A DNA stretch of 64,000 nucleotides from an uncultured bacterium (GCA_965552135.1 CBEVQY010000001.1:96001-160000); one strand, 5' to 3'. Shown: positions 1 through 11,163, counted from the first letter of the stretch. The notes: generated from the sequence alone by a model not told the origin. Numbers and translations are program-made.

Positions 1-1
1 C

Positions 2-1291
2 GACAACGTCGGCTGGATACTGATAGACAGCCACTACTACGACAGCACCGCGGTCGTCGTGGACTGGTGGGGCGACGGGAGCTACCACTACATCGGTGTC
101 CCGAGCGTGGATAGCGCCGCCTGGGGCGAGAGGTACATCTTCGACTACTGGTCCGACGGCGGAGATACGGTCCACCTGGTCGGGCCGATACACACCGACA
201 CGTCGTTTGTGGCGTACTACACGAGGCAGATAATGGTCGTCTTCGCCAAGAACCCCGTCCACGAGACGGGTTGGCTTATGGTCGACAGCGTTCTTTACTG
301 GGACAGCAGCTACGTGTACGGCACGATGGTTGGCGACAGCTGCGTCGACAGCGCCTGTTCGCGCTCGCTTGTTCTGTGGATGACGCCGGGCGACTCGCAC
401 TATATCGAGGCAAGCTTTGCCGACTCGTGCCTCGGCGACTGCGACACCGCTCGCTTCTTCTTCGACCACTGGTCCGACGGCGGCGAGCGCGGACACTGGA
501 CCGACACGATAAGCTCCGCCACATACTTCATCGCCTACTACGACCAGAGGCTGCGGGTGCGCCTGCGTAAAGAGCCGCCCGAACCCTACGGATACTTCAT
601 GTTCAACGACACAACGATAATCCGCGGCGTCTCGCAGTTCGACTTCTGGAGCCGACCCGACACCGTCGCAACCATAGGCGTCTCGGAGTACGACATAGCC
701 GACTTCCCGTCGGGGGTCGATTCGGTCTACATCTTCGACCACTGGGACGACGGAGGCGCAATAGTCCACGAGATAGGTCCGATAACCGGACCTGTGGAGC
801 ACGTCGCCTACTACACCCAGGACGTGGCGAATCTGAGCATAACGCTTCGCCCGACGGATCCTTACGAGTGGCATCTCGACACGCTTGAGGGCGGGGAGTC
901 GCGCACGATGACCGCGGACGACTCGGTCGTAGTTGTGAACGTCGGGAACGTCCCGTGCGACCTCGGGCTTATGGTCTACTCCGTCGTCCCCAGCGGGTGG
1001 ACGCCGTCGTACTACTACGGTCCCGACAAGTTCACGCTGCTTGCGGAGTTCACCGACGAGCCTACGCCCCCAACGGCGTTTGTGCCCGCCAACGACTACG
1101 TCAAGTTCACGCTCACGTGGGCAACGGAGGAGATCTTCGGTCCCGGCGGGCTGAACCTCCTGCCGCCCCCGTACGCCGGCGCGGACAACACCGAGCACCT
1201 CTGGATGAAGTTCGTCGCGCCCACGTCGACCTCGGTGTTCGGCGAGGTCAGGATCAGGGTCCTCGTCGTCGCGAAGTACCACATGCCGTAG
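2..1291 (+). CDS. Surface/secreted repeat protein, 5' partial, with InlB B-repeat-like (FDxWSDGG) modules and a distinct C-terminal domain
   Basis: Frame is open from window start (DNVGWILIDSHYY...). Three copies of F-D-[YH]-W-[SD]-D-G-G followed by A-Y-Y motifs; Asp/Thr/Tyr-rich extracellular composition. Confidence 0.7.
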   Translation, partial: DNVGWILIDSHYYDSTAVVVDWWGDGSYHYIGVPSVDSAAWGERYIFDYWSDGGDTVHLVGPIHTDTSFVAYYTRQIMVVFAKNPVHETGWLMVDSVLYWDSSYVYGTMVGDSCVDSACSRSLVLWMTPGDSHYIEASFADSCLGDCDTARFFFDHWSDGGERGHWTDTISSATYFIAYYDQRLRVRLRKEPPEPYGYFMFNDTTIIRGVSQFDFWSRPDTVATIGVSEYDIADFPSGVDSVYIFDHWDDGGAIVHEIGPITGPVEHVAYYTQDVANLSITLRPTDPYEWHLDTLEGGESRTMTADDSVVVVNVGNVPCDLGLMVYSVVPSGWTPSYYYGPDKFTLLAEFTDEPTPPTAFVPANDYVKFTLTWATEEIFGPGGLNLLPPPYAGADNTEHLWMKFVAPTSTSVFGEVRIRVLVVAKYHMP

Positions 1292-1320
1292 CGAGCCCCT
1301 CGCCCGGCGGGCTACACGCG

Positions 1321-1526
1321 TTGGGCGGCGCGGTTAAGCTGCACGTTCTGGACCGGCGGCATCTCATCTTCGCTTTGTTGGACCGGCAACGCCTCAATTC
1401 GCTTGGCTGGCGATGCCGCTGTCTGCCGGGTCGGCGACGCCCTGCATGCGCGCGTTGGATTGAGGGCGTCGCTGCCTGTGTGTATCGGGCCGGCGGCGCC
1501 TAATAGTCGTTGGGCTGGGGCAGTCC
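1321..1526. repeat. Degenerate ~25-30 nt periodic repeat (consensus ~TTGGRCYGGCGRCGCC), about 8 copies, in a convergent intergenic region
   Basis: Copies at ~1321, 1348 (ctggaccggcggcatct), 1378 (ttggaccggcaacgcct), 1403, 1426, 1455, 1485 (tcgggccggcggcgcct), 1510. Confidence 0.45.
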
Positions 1527-1677
1527 CTGCAAGAGGCGATTGGATGGAGCGCAACGGATGGTTTTTGGGAGAGCGATAGGGTCGCTCTTGGCAAGTGCCC
1601 GCGTTGCTGGTTGATTGCCTCTTCAAGCTGGATGACGGCTGCCCATCGGGGAGCCCGCAACAGAGCTTCGTCGGCGC

Positions 1678-3306
1678 TTAGCCCTTGTGGCTTTTGCGCC
1701 TCGCAAGCGCCTTCTTGACCAGGTGATAGAAGAGCGGCTCGGGCTTCGTCAGGCTCGAGATGAGCTCCGGATGGTACTGGACGGCAACGAAATAGGGGTG
1801 GGTGGGAAGCTCCATCACCTGCATTATGTTCTCCTTCGGCTCGTACCCTGAGAAAACGAGACCGTGCTCCTCGAGCAGTGGGACGTATTTGGGGTTGACC
1901 TCGTACCTGTGGCGGAAGCGCTGTCGTATCGTTTTCCGCTGGCGGTAGATTTTATGAACCATCGTTCCCGGCTTGAGTTTTACGTCCTGGCCGCCGAGGC
2001 GCATCGTTCCGCCCTTCTTTTCGACCTTAAGCTGGGAGGGCAGGAGGGTTATCACGGGGTGGCGCACCTTTATGCCCTCCTCCTTTGCCTCGGCGGTGTT
2101 TGCGCCGCGCAGCCCGCAGACGTTCCGCGCAAACTCGATCACGGCAAGCTGCATCCCGTAGCAGATGCCCAAAAACGGAATCTTGTTTTCGCGGCAAAAG
2201 CGTATGACCTTGATCTTCCCCTCCGCCCCTCGCACACCGAACCCGCCGGGGACGATGACCCCGTCCACATCGCGCAGGGCGTCGTCGACGGAGACAGCGC
2301 CCGACTCGATGTTGGTCGTCTCGAGCCAGAGGATGTTGACCTTGGTCCTGAGGTGGGCGCCGGCGTGCGTTAAAGCCTCGATTATCGAGGCATACGAGTC
2401 GTGGAGCGCTGTGTACTTACCGCAGATCGCAACTGTAACCTCCCGCTCCGGGTGCTTTATGGCGTCGACGAGCTTCTTCCACCTGTCGAGCTTGGGGGGA
2501 GAGTATATCCCAAGCTTTTTGTGCAAAAGCTCCGTAAGCCCCTGCTCGTCGAAGAGGATGGGTATTTCGTACACCGTCTCGACGTCCTCCTCCGATATTA
2601 CCGCCTCGGGCGGGATGTTGCAGAAAAGCGAAATCTTCTCCTTCACCTTTTGCGGCAGCGGCTTTGGCGAGCGGGCAATTATGATGTCCGGACGTATCCC
2701 TCGCTCGTTGAGGAGCTTTACGCTCTGCTGGGTTGGCTTTGTTTTGTGCTCGCCGACGTTCGCAGGGATGGGAACGTAGGTCAGGTGGATGTATACGATG
2801 TTTTCGGGACCGACTTCCTGTCCGAGCTGGCGCACCGCCTCGATGAAAAGCTCGTTCTCCATATCCCCAACGGTCCCGCCGATCTCTATGAGCAGTATGT
2901 CCGCTCGCTCGCGCTGGGCTATGTTGCGGAAGTGGGACTTTATCTGGTCGGTCACGTGGGGTATGAGCTGGACCGTTTTCCCGAGGAAGTCGCCCCGCCT
3001 TTCGCGCTCCAGGATCGCAGCGTAGACCTTGCCCATGGTGAGGTTCCACTCGCTTTTGCAGGTTACGCCCAGAAAGCGCTCGTAGTGTCCGAAGTCCATG
3101 TCGACTTCGCCGCCGTCGTCGAGGACGAAGACCTCACCGTGCTCGATCGGATTCATCGTGCCGGGGTCGGTGTTGAGGTATCCGTCGCACTTGACGGGAA
3201 CGACGCGGAGCTTGCTCGACAGGAGATGACCGACGCTTGCGGTGGCGATCCCTTTCCCCAAACCCGAAAGAACTCCACCCGTGACGACTATGTACTTCGT
3301 GCGCAT
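1678..3306 (-). CDS. pyrG: CTP synthase
   Basis: N-terminal KYIVVTGGVLSGLGKG, EIGGTVGD, GATase domain with GICYGMQ and QYHPE. Confidence 0.98.
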   Translation of the reverse strand: MRTKYIVVTGGVLSGLGKGIATASVGHLLSSKLRVVPVKCDGYLNTDPGTMNPIEHGEVFVLDDGGEVDMDFGHYERFLGVTCKSEWNLTMGKVYAAILERERRGDFLGKTVQLIPHVTDQIKSHFRNIAQRERADILLIEIGGTVGDMENELFIEAVRQLGQEVGPENIVYIHLTYVPIPANVGEHKTKPTQQSVKLLNERGIRPDIIIARSPKPLPQKVKEKISLFCNIPPEAVISEEDVETVYEIPILFDEQGLTELLHKKLGIYSPPKLDRWKKLVDAIKHPEREVTVAICGKYTALHDSYASIIEALTHAGAHLRTKVNILWLETTNIESGAVSVDDALRDVDGVIVPGGFGVRGAEGKIKVIRFCRENKIPFLGICYGMQLAVIEFARNVCGLRGANTAEAKEEGIKVRHPVITLLPSQLKVEKKGGTMRLGGQDVKLKPGTMVHKIYRQRKTIRQRFRHRYEVNPKYVPLLEEHGLVFSGYEPKENIMQVMELPTHPYFVAVQYHPELISSLTKPEPLFYHLVKKALARRKSHKG

Positions 3307-3420
3307 CGGCACAGAATAATATTACCTGCCCTGCCGCGGGGTGCAAGGGCTTTCGTTTAACTTGCCGACCTGTCCTTCGGATGAGATATTCAAAAGCGCA
3401 CCGATGCAGGCTGCGTTGGG

Positions 3421-4803
3421 ATGAGCTCGCACCGTCGCAGAAAACCGCTGTTTCTGGCGCTTTTTTCCGCTTTGCTTGTGCTTGTGCAGCTCCCCTATGT
3501 GCTCCATCCGGAGCCCTCCAGCGACGATGATGGCTTCAGGGTTTGGCTTGCAAGCAGGGCTTTGCGCAGGTCGGGCATCTACGAGGCTTCTCGGCTTCCG
3601 GGGTTCCCCGCGATTGAGCTTCTTGCCGCTGCGTTTGGGAACTATCATGCGTTCAACCTGTTTCTTTCGGTTTTGTGGGCGGCTGGCGTTTTTGGCGTTG
3701 GTCTTTGCGCCGATGCGCTTGGCATCGATGGCATTGCGGCGGCAGCGGCGTGGGCTGCCGGCTCCACAAACTTCGCTTCCGCCGCAACGTGCATGGATTA
3801 TCCCCTCGGGAACTTTCTTTTGATCTTCGGTCTTTATGCGCTTTTGCGGGGCAGGCGCGCCCTGGCGGCGCTTCTCTGGGGGATCGCAGTGGGGGCGAGG
3901 CTTACGAACGGGCTTTTTGTTTTGGCTTCGCTGGCGCTACCGCCGGCGGGCGAGCCGATCTGGCGGTGGCGCAAAACCGAAGCAACTTTCGCAGTTGCCG
4001 CTATGCTCGCAGCGGTCGCCGCACTCTACTCCCTCCCGCTTGCGCGGTACGGGTGGGGATTCCTGCGCGGATATCCCCCGCGATTCTCCGCACTGGAGCG
4101 GCTTGAGTGGTTCCTTTACCGCGGCGGGCAGCTTTTCGGTTTCGTCGCAAGCGGAGCGCTTTTGGCGCTTCTGCCGAGGCTGAGGCTGCCCAAAGGCAAG
4201 TTGACAGGGTTCGTTCTGACGTGCAGCGGGCTTTACGTCGCCTTCTTCGCGTTCCTCCCTGTGGAGCCCGCCTATCTGCTTCCTGCCGCGGCGGCGTGGG
4301 CGATCGCGCTGCCTAAAGCGCTTCCGAGACGGTCCTTCGCCCTCTTGCTGGGTGCGCTTGTGCTCGCGGGATTCGTCGATATCTACCCCATCGACCCCTA
4401 CCGAGGTCCAAAGCTTTGCCCCACCCTGATGCCCGGAGGTTACCTCAACGAGCTTCGCCGCCGAAGCGACATAACCGCGATGCGAAACACCATCCAAAGC
4501 TTTAGGGCGCCCGCGCCGTTTTTGTTCATCGTTGGTCGGGAACCCCCGTTTATGCAGTGGTCGGAGGGATTCGTTCGCGCATGGGAGGACCCCTCAGGAA
4601 TGACGGTTTGGAGAAGGGGAGAGGGGGAATACTTCGTCGCTTTCCCGATAAAATCAATCGTCGACCGCGCCGTGAAAAACGGCTTTGACCTCTACGCCTT
4701 CGAGAACATCGCCTACCTCCTGGAAGGCTACGACGTTACGCTGGTGAGCTTTCCCCGTGGTCGTCTTTGGCCGAGGTCGAGAGGTGACGGGAAAAAGTTT
4801 TGA
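3421..4803 (+). CDS. Multi-pass membrane protein, probable GT-C (PMT/ArnT-like) glycosyltransferase
   Basis: Many hydrophobic helices, DD motif after TM1, soluble C-terminal domain. Confidence 0.55.
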   Translation: MSSHRRRKPLFLALFSALLVLVQLPYVLHPEPSSDDDGFRVWLASRALRRSGIYEASRLPGFPAIELLAAAFGNYHAFNLFLSVLWAAGVFGVGLCADALGIDGIAAAAAWAAGSTNFASAATCMDYPLGNFLLIFGLYALLRGRRALAALLWGIAVGARLTNGLFVLASLALPPAGEPIWRWRKTEATFAVAAMLAAVAALYSLPLARYGWGFLRGYPPRFSALERLEWFLYRGGQLFGFVASGALLALLPRLRLPKGKLTGFVLTCSGLYVAFFAFLPVEPAYLLPAAAAWAIALPKALPRRSFALLLGALVLAGFVDIYPIDPYRGPKLCPTLMPGGYLNELRRRSDITAMRNTIQSFRAPAPFLFIVGREPPFMQWSEGFVRAWEDPSGMTVWRRGEGEYFVAFPIKSIVDRAVKNGFDLYAFENIAYLLEGYDVTLVSFPRGRLWPRSRGDGKKF

Positions 4804-5437
4804 CAAAGAAATCGTCCAGGTTTATTCTCAGATAAAAAGTGATATTGTTGCAAGGTTGACTGAATTCAAAAAGCTTTGGGATGAGGGGACCGAGCAGGAG
4901 CTTTTCGCGGAGCTTGCCTTCTGTATCCTTACTCCGCAGTCGCGGGCTGGGGCGTGTTGGAAGGCTTTGGAGAAGCTTTTGAGCTCGGGGGTGCTTTTTT
5001 CGGGGGGGTGGGAGGAGATATCGCGCATGCTTTCGGGCGTCAGGTTCCACAGGACCAAGGCGCGGCGCATAGTGGCTGCCCGCAGGCTTTTTACGCGCCG
5101 GGGGAGGATAGATATAAGGGGCAACCTCGCCCTCCTGCCCGATGTCGCCGCGCAAAGACGGTGGCTCGTCGAAAAGGTGGAGGGTTTTGGATACAAGGAG
5201 GCGAGCCATTTCCTCAGGAACATCGGCTGGGGGGATGATCTGGCTATTCTCGACAGGCACGTCCTCAAAAGCCTTCTTGCAGCAGGCGTTGTGGATAAGC
5301 TGCCCAAAGCGCTCACGCCAAAGCGCTACGTCGAGACAGAAAACAAGATGCGCGCGTGGGCAGAGCACTTGGGAATACCAATGGCGCATCTCGACTTCGT
5401 CCTGTGGTTCAGACAAACGGGGGAGGTGTTTAAGTGA
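4784..5437 (+). CDS. ogg: 8-oxoguanine DNA glycosylase / N-glycosylase-DNA lyase (OGG2 type)
   Basis: ELAFCILTPQS and HhH motif GFGYKEASHFLRNIG, AILDRHV; GTG start. Confidence 0.92.
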   Translation: MTGKSFDKEIVQVYSQIKSDIVARLTEFKKLWDEGTEQELFAELAFCILTPQSRAGACWKALEKLLSSGVLFSGGWEEISRMLSGVRFHRTKARRIVAARRLFTRRGRIDIRGNLALLPDVAAQRRWLVEKVEGFGYKEASHFLRNIGWGDDLAILDRHVLKSLLAAGVVDKLPKALTPKRYVETENKMRAWAEHLGIPMAHLDFVLWFRQTGEVFK

Positions 5438-5856
5438 GGGAAGCCGACCTGAAGGAGTTTTTGACGAAGCGGGGCATTCACCCATCCTTCCACAGGCTGA
5501 AGGTGCTCGAGTTCCTCCTCAACCACAGGATCCACCCGACGGCGGAGGAGATCTACCGCGCCCTCGCGCCCGAAATACCAACTCTGTCGAGGACGACCGT
5601 GTACAACACCCTAAAGCTTTTCGTCGAGCGCGGGCTTTTGCGCCAACTCGCCATCGAGGGGAACGAGTTCCGATACGACATCCGCACCGACGACCACGCA
5701 CACTTCAAGTGCAACCGATGCGGAAAGGTGTACGATGTCGAGCTCGATGCCCCCGTCTGCGCGCAGGGGACTGTGGAGGGACATCTCGTGGAAAGCTGCG
5801 AGATCTGCCTCAGGGGCATCTGCAGAAACTGCCGGAGAAAATCCGAAGCAAAATAG
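5434..5856 (+). CDS. Fur/PerR family transcriptional regulator
   Basis: HPTAEEIY, SRTTVYNTL, HAHFKCNRCG and C-terminal CxxC; heads an oxidative stress gene cluster. Confidence 0.93.
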   Translation: MREADLKEFLTKRGIHPSFHRLKVLEFLLNHRIHPTAEEIYRALAPEIPTLSRTTVYNTLKLFVERGLLRQLAIEGNEFRYDIRTDDHAHFKCNRCGKVYDVELDAPVCAQGTVEGHLVESCEICLRGICRNCRRKSEAK

Positions 5857-5868
5857 AAAGGAGGCGCA

Positions 5869-6555
5869 ATGGACAGGAAGGCTTTATTCAGGATGAGCTA
5901 CGGAGTTTACATCGTGAGTTCCAAGCGGGGCGGCGACCTGAACGGACAGATAGCCAACGCCGTTGTGCAGATAACCGCCGAACCCCCCAAGGTTTTGGTG
6001 GGGATAAACAAAGCCAACCTGACCCACGAGTTTATAGCGGAAAGCGGCGTCTTCGCCATCTCGGTTCTCGCCGAAAGCACGCCGATGGAGTTTATAGGCA
6101 AGTTTGGCTTCCGGTCGGGACGGGAGGTTAACAAGTTCGAAGGGGTGAACTACAAGCTCGGCGTCTCCGGCGCGCCCGTAGTGCTCGATAACGCCGTGGC
6201 GTATGTCGACTGCAAGCTTTCCTCGTCCCACGATGCCGGAACGCACACGATATTCGTGGGGGAGGTCGTCGACGCACAGCTCCTCTCCAACGAGCCGCCG
6301 ATGACGTACGCTTACTACCACCAGATCAAAGGCGGCAGGTCGCCCAAAAACGCGCCGACGTACGCAGCCCCGCAGAAGAACGAGGGCGCGAAAGGTCAAA
6401 AGTACATCTGCACCGTTTGCGGATATGTATACGACCCCGCGGAAGGCGACCCGAGCTCAGGGGCGGATCCCGGAACACCCTTCGACAAACTTCCGTCGGG
6501 TTGGGTTTGCCCCATCTGCGGCGCAAGCAAATCGGCGTTTGAACCCGTAAGATAA
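5869..6555 (+). CDS. High-molecular-weight rubredoxin (flavin reductase + rubredoxin)
   Basis: Flavin reductase-like N-terminus ([17 protein letters not shown]) plus C-terminal [10 protein letters not shown]...WVCPICG. Confidence 0.93.
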   Translation: MDRKALFRMSYGVYIVSSKRGGDLNGQIANAVVQITAEPPKVLVGINKANLTHEFIAESGVFAISVLAESTPMEFIGKFGFRSGREVNKFEGVNYKLGVSGAPVVLDNAVAYVDCKLSSSHDAGTHTIFVGEVVDAQLLSNEPPMTYAYYHQIKGGRSPKNAPTYAAPQKNEGAKGQKYICTVCGYVYDPAEGDPSSGADPGTPFDKLPSGWVCPICGASKSAFEPVR

Positions 6556-6569
6556 AGGAGGCGAAGACG

Positions 6570-7880
6570 GTGGACGCAGCGGAACTTAAGATGTTCTGCT
6601 ATCAGTGCTCACAGACGGTTAAGGGCAAGGGATGCACGCTTAAGGGCGTTTGCGGGAAGGGACCGACCCTCGCAAGGCTTCAGGATAACCTCATTTTCGC
6701 CGCCAAGGGGATGTCGGCGTACCTGTACCACGCAAGGGAGCTGGGATACTCCGACCCCGAGATAGACGCTTTCCTGGAGCGCGCCTTTTACGCAACCTTC
6801 ACCAACGTCAACTTCGATGCCGAAAGCTTTGTGGAGCTTGCCGTCGAGGCCGGGCGCATGAACATAAGGACGATGAAACTCCTAAAGCAAGCCCACATAG
6901 ACGCCTTCGGCGAGCCGAAACCGACCGAGGTCAGAACCACAACGGTCAAGGGCAAGGGGATAATCGTCACGGGCCACGGCCTTAAGGCCCTCTATGAGCT
7001 TCTGAAGCAGACGGAAGGAACGGGAATAAACGTCTACACGCACTCGGAGCTTCTGCCCGCCCACGGCTACCCCAAGCTTAGGAAATTCCCTCATCTCGTC
7101 GGCAACCTCGGAAAAGCTTGGTTCGATCAAAGGCAGCTTTTCTCACGATACCCTGCGGCTATACTGGGCACATCAAACTGCGTTCTCATCCCCACCGATG
7201 ACTACCGCGAGAGGATCTTCACCACCGGGCCCGCAAGGCTTCCGGGCGTGCGGCACATCGAGGGTTACGACTACAGCCCGGTCGTAGAGAAGGCTCTTTC
7301 GCTGCCTGATCTCGACGACGAGCCCCAGGGCCAGGTGCTTGTAACGGGCTTCTCGAAGTCCACCGTCCTCGGCTTAGCCGATAAGATCAAGCAGCTTGTT
7401 GAGTCGGGCAAGATAAGGCGGTTTTTCCTTGTGGGCGGATGCGATTCGCCACACAAAAGGGCAAGCTACTACCGGGAGTTCGTTCAAAAGCTGCCCAAAG
7501 ACACCGTGGTTCTCACGCTTGCGTGCGGAAAGTTCAGGATAAACGACCTCGAGCTGGGCGAAATAGAGGGAATTCCCAGGCTCATCGACCTCGGTCAGTG
7601 CAACGACTCCATAGTCGCTATAGAGATAGCCGAAGCCCTCGCGCAAAGCTTCGGAACGTCCATAAACGAACTGCCGCTCTCCATCGTCCTAAGCTGGATG
7701 GAGCAAAAGGCCGTGGCGATACTCTGGAGCCTGCTCTCGCTGGATGTGAAGGGCATATACATAGGACCCATAATCCCCGCCTGGGTGAACGGCGAGATCC
7801 TCTCCGTCCTTAAGGCGCGATGGGACATAAGGCTGATAGGCGATCCGGAGGAGGACATAAGGACTATGCTCAAAACCTAA
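6570..7880 (+). CDS. hcp: Hybrid cluster protein / hydroxylamine reductase (short form)
   Basis: MFCYQCSQT...GC...[30 protein letters not shown]. Confidence 0.95.
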   Translation: MDAAELKMFCYQCSQTVKGKGCTLKGVCGKGPTLARLQDNLIFAAKGMSAYLYHARELGYSDPEIDAFLERAFYATFTNVNFDAESFVELAVEAGRMNIRTMKLLKQAHIDAFGEPKPTEVRTTTVKGKGIIVTGHGLKALYELLKQTEGTGINVYTHSELLPAHGYPKLRKFPHLVGNLGKAWFDQRQLFSRYPAAILGTSNCVLIPTDDYRERIFTTGPARLPGVRHIEGYDYSPVVEKALSLPDLDDEPQGQVLVTGFSKSTVLGLADKIKQLVESGKIRRFFLVGGCDSPHKRASYYREFVQKLPKDTVVLTLACGKFRINDLELGEIEGIPRLIDLGQCNDSIVAIEIAEALAQSFGTSINELPLSIVLSWMEQKAVAILWSLLSLDVKGIYIGPIIPAWVNGEILSVLKARWDIRLIGDPEEDIRTMLKT

Positions 7881-7892
7881 AGGAGACCCGCG

Positions 7893-9077
7893 ATGCTTCC
7901 GAGGAGGATAGCTGAAGGGGTTTATAGCGTTGGCGCAGTCGACTGGGACAGGAGGCTTTTCGATGAGCTTATCCCCCTCCCCGACGGCACAAGCTACAAC
8001 GCATACCTTGTGAGGGGCGAAAGCAAGACTGCGCTCATCGACACGGTCGACCCAAAAAAGACCCGCGTGCTTTTGCGCAACCTCGAGCTTTTGGGTGTGG
8101 AGCGCATAGACTACGTCGTCGCAAACCACGCCGAGCAGGATCACTCAGGCTCCCTCCCCGACGTGCTGAAGCGTTTTCCCGGGGCTTCCGTCGTGACCAA
8201 CGCGAAGTGTCGCGACATAATCTCGCGGCTTCTGCCAATCCCGCAGGATAGGTTCGTCGAGGTTGGCGATGGCGACGAAATAGACCTCGGCGGGAAAACG
8301 CTCAGGTTCATAATCGCCCTCTGGGTTCACTGGCCCGAGACGATGCTGACCTACATCGTCGAGGACGGGATACTTTTCACGTGCGACCTTTTCGGCTCAC
8401 ACCTGGCCACAAGCGAGCTTTTCGCAAAGTCCGCACCAAAGCTTCTTTTTGCGGCAAAAAGGTACTACGCCGAGATAATGATGCCTTTCCGCACAACCGT
8501 CCGCAGGCACGTCGAGCGCGTAAAGTCCCTTTCACCGAAGATCGTGGCGCCAAGCCACGGACCAGTCTACTCCGACCCGAGCTTCATCCTCGACGCCTAT
8601 CTCGACTGGACGTCCGACGCGGTCAAGAACGAGGTCGTGATTCCATATGTGTCGATGCACGGCAGCGTCGAAGCCCTCGTCGACCGCCTTGTGGACTCGC
8701 TTGCCTCAAGGGGCGTTGTGGTTCTGCCCTTCCGGCTTGCGGCAACTGATCTTGGCGAGCTTGCGATGTCGCTTGTGGACGCCGCCACGGTCGTTGTGGC
8801 AACGCCAACCGTCCTCGCAGGACCCCACCCCCAGGCGCTCTACGCCGCAGCCATCATCGCCGCGCTCAAACCGAAGACGAAGCTCATCTCCGTCGTAACG
8901 TCGTACGGGTGGGGCGGGAAGTGCGTCGAGGTCCTCAGGTCGACCCTCGGGAGCCTGAGGGCTGAGTTCCTCGATCCCGTCGTCGTGCGGGGATACCCCT
9001 CCGAGGAGGACCTCGCCGCAGTCGACGCACTGGCGCAAAAGATCGCCGAAAAACACAAAGAAGTAATCGATATTTGA
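7893..9077 (+). CDS. fprA: Flavodiiron protein (FprA, A-type flavoprotein)
   Basis: [26 protein letters not shown] and a flavodoxin domain (SYGWGG). Confidence 0.95.
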   Translation: MLPRRIAEGVYSVGAVDWDRRLFDELIPLPDGTSYNAYLVRGESKTALIDTVDPKKTRVLLRNLELLGVERIDYVVANHAEQDHSGSLPDVLKRFPGASVVTNAKCRDIISRLLPIPQDRFVEVGDGDEIDLGGKTLRFIIALWVHWPETMLTYIVEDGILFTCDLFGSHLATSELFAKSAPKLLFAAKRYYAEIMMPFRTTVRRHVERVKSLSPKIVAPSHGPVYSDPSFILDAYLDWTSDAVKNEVVIPYVSMHGSVEALVDRLVDSLASRGVVVLPFRLAATDLGELAMSLVDAATVVVATPTVLAGPHPQALYAAAIIAALKPKTKLISVVTSYGWGGKCVEVLRSTLGSLRAEFLDPVVVRGYPSEEDLAAVDALAQKIAEKHKEVIDI

Positions 9078-9123
9078 CGAGAGGGCGCGTGTAAAACCCA
9101 AACCAAAACGAGGAGGTGCAAGA

Positions 9124-9816
9124 ATGGCGGCAGAGGAATACGAACTCGAGGAGGAGTACTGGGAAACGCCGCTTTTGGGGGATAGGTTCCCCCGCATCGA
9201 TGTTCAGACGACGCGTGGGCGGATGACCTTGCCGGATCAGTTCGAGGGCAGGTGGTTCGTTCTCTTCAGCCACCCCGCCGACTTCACACCCGTCTGCACA
9301 ACGGAGTTCGTGGCGTTCCAGAAGAGGTACGACGAGTTCAAAAAGCTCGGCTGCGAGCTTGTGGGGCTTTCCGTCGACCAGGTCTTCTCCCACATAAAGT
9401 GGATCGAGTGGATCAAACAAAAGCTCGGGGTCGAGATAGAGTTCCCCGTGATAGCCGACGACCTCGGCGATGTCTCGGCGCTTTTGGGGCTTATCCACCC
9501 CGCCAAGGGGAGCAACACCGTTCGCGCCGTCTACATCGTCGACCCGAAGGGCGTGATCCGCGCCATAATTTACTGTCCGCAGGAGCTCGGCAGGAACGTT
9601 GATGAGATCCTGCGCGCCGTAAGGGCTCTTCAGGTATCCGACCGTCACGGCGTTGCGATGCCCGCGAACTGGCCGCAGAACGAGCTTGTGGGCGAAAACG
9701 TCATCATTCCGCCCGCAACGGACGTAGATGCTGCAAAGGAGCGCCTCGAGGCCGCCAAGCGCGGCGAAATCGAGTGCTTCGACTGGTGGCTCTGTCACAA
9801 AAAGCTTCAGGGATAA
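9124..9816 (+). CDS. Peroxiredoxin (Prx6/archaeal-type)
   Basis: [37 protein letters not shown]. Confidence 0.95.
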   Translation: MAAEEYELEEEYWETPLLGDRFPRIDVQTTRGRMTLPDQFEGRWFVLFSHPADFTPVCTTEFVAFQKRYDEFKKLGCELVGLSVDQVFSHIKWIEWIKQKLGVEIEFPVIADDLGDVSALLGLIHPAKGSNTVRAVYIVDPKGVIRAIIYCPQELGRNVDEILRAVRALQVSDRHGVAMPANWPQNELVGENVIIPPATDVDAAKERLEAAKRGEIECFDWWLCHKKLQG

Positions 9817-9829
9817 AAAGGGGGGCGCC

Positions 9830-10213
9830 ATGACCGAAAGACTCCAGATGTACAAGTGCGAAATTTGCGGCAACATCGTCGAGGTCCTTCATCCGGGCGC
9901 GGGGCAGCTTGCATGCTGCGGACAGCCCATGAAGCTTCTGCAGGAACAAACCGCCGACTGGAAGACCGAAAAGCACGTGCCCGTGGTTGAGGAGGGCGAA
10001 GGCTTCATCACGGTGAAGGTGGGATCTGTGCCCCACCCGATGGAGGAGAGCCACTTCATCGAGTGGATCGACGTCGTGACCGACCACTGCGTCAGGCGCG
10101 TCTTCCTGAAGCCCGGCGACGCGCCCGAGGCAAAGTTCACCGTGTGCGAGGAGTGCAAGGAGATGCTCAAGGTGAGGGAGCACTGCAACGTCCACGGGCT
10201 TTGGCGGAGGTGA
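9830..10213 (+). CDS. dfx: Desulfoferrodoxin (superoxide reductase)
   Basis: [44 protein letters not shown] at 9830. Confidence 0.95.
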   Translation: MTERLQMYKCEICGNIVEVLHPGAGQLACCGQPMKLLQEQTADWKTEKHVPVVEEGEGFITVKVGSVPHPMEESHFIEWIDVVTDHCVRRVFLKPGDAPEAKFTVCEECKEMLKVREHCNVHGLWRR

Positions 10214-10932
10214 CGGTGCCTTTGCCGCTTCTTTCGGTTCCAAGCGACGTCGAGGGCATCTTCGTCAGGCGCTTGAACCGCTTCCTGGCAGCGGTCGCCC
10301 TGAACGGCACGACCACGGACGCCCACATCCACGACCCGGGCAGGCTTACGGAGCTGCTTCGCCCGGGAAACAGGGTCCTTCTGCGCAGAGCCACCGCGAC
10401 GACGCGGAAAACGAAATGGGACATCCTCGCCGCAGGCGCCGACGGGGGTTGGGTCTTCGTGCACTCGGGCTATCACAGGCGCATCGCCGAGCGAATACTT
10501 GCCGATCCCGTTCTAAGCCCCTTCGGTGAGGCGTCTTCGGTTCTGGCTGAGGTCCGGCACGGTGCAAGCAGGCTCGATTTTCTGCTGCTCCGCCCCGGCG
10601 GCGAGCGGCTTTGGATCGAGGTCAAGGGCTGCACCCTGGCAAAAGGCGGCGTCGCCCTCTTCCCCGATGCCCCAACCGCCCGAGGGCGGAGGCACGTGGA
10701 GGAGCTCGCGCGGATCGCCGCATCGGGCGAGGGCGCAGCTGTGCTTGTGCTCGTCTTCAGAGCCGATGCCTCATGCTTCGCGCCGAACTCGGAAACCGAC
10801 CCAAAGTTCGCAAAAGCCCTCGCCGCAGCCGTGGAGAAGGGCGTTCTGGTCGTGCCCGTCAGAATCGGATACGACGGGAAAAACCTGTTCTTTTTGGGCG
10901 CAATGCCAAACTGCTTTGAACAAACCGCGTAG
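10210..10932 (+). CDS. sfsA: DNA/RNA nuclease SfsA
   Basis: [51 protein letters not shown] overlaps the dfx stop. Confidence 0.92.
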   Translation: MTVPLPLLSVPSDVEGIFVRRLNRFLAAVALNGTTTDAHIHDPGRLTELLRPGNRVLLRRATATTRKTKWDILAAGADGGWVFVHSGYHRRIAERILADPVLSPFGEASSVLAEVRHGASRLDFLLLRPGGERLWIEVKGCTLAKGGVALFPDAPTARGRRHVEELARIAASGEGAAVLVLVFRADASCFAPNSETDPKFAKALAAAVEKGVLVVPVRIGYDGKNLFFLGAMPNCFEQTA

Positions 10933-10952
10933 AACCCAAAAAGGAGGAGGCA

Positions 10953-11150
10953 ATAAGCTGCGGGAGAGATCACAAGGAGGTGGTGCTTGAGGCTATGCGC
11001 AAGGCGGGCAAGCCCGTCCGCCCGGGCGTTATAGCCAAGGCAACAGGACTCGACAGCAAAGAGGTGTCGAAGCTCATAGCCAAGTTTCGTAAGGAGGGGA
11101 AGGTCGTATCGCCCAAATGCTGCTGCTACGCGCCAGCCAAGGATAAGTGA
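10953..11150 (+). CDS. Small winged-helix protein with C-terminal Cys cluster (not in ORF track); start uncertain (ATA 10953 or GTG 10980)
   Basis: Hand translation: ...[58 protein letters not shown]. Fills the gap between sfsA and rbr; strong SD AAGGAGGAGG at 10941-10950. Confidence 0.8.
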   Translation: MSCGRDHKEVVLEAMRKAGKPVRPGVIAKATGLDSKEVSKLIAKFRKEGKVVSPKCCCYAPAKDK

Positions 11151-11163
11151 AAGGAGGAAAGCT

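Noticed and set aside
1312..1660. Small minus-strand ORFs (104 and 88 aa) downstream of pyrG
   Set aside because: TTG starts without SD, low-complexity translation reflecting the local repeat, no recognisable family.
4800..4828. TTGACA-17-TATTCT promoter-like match
   Set aside because: It lies inside the conserved 5' coding region of ogg, about 600 nt from the Fur/PerR gene; cannot be distinguished from chance without TSS data.
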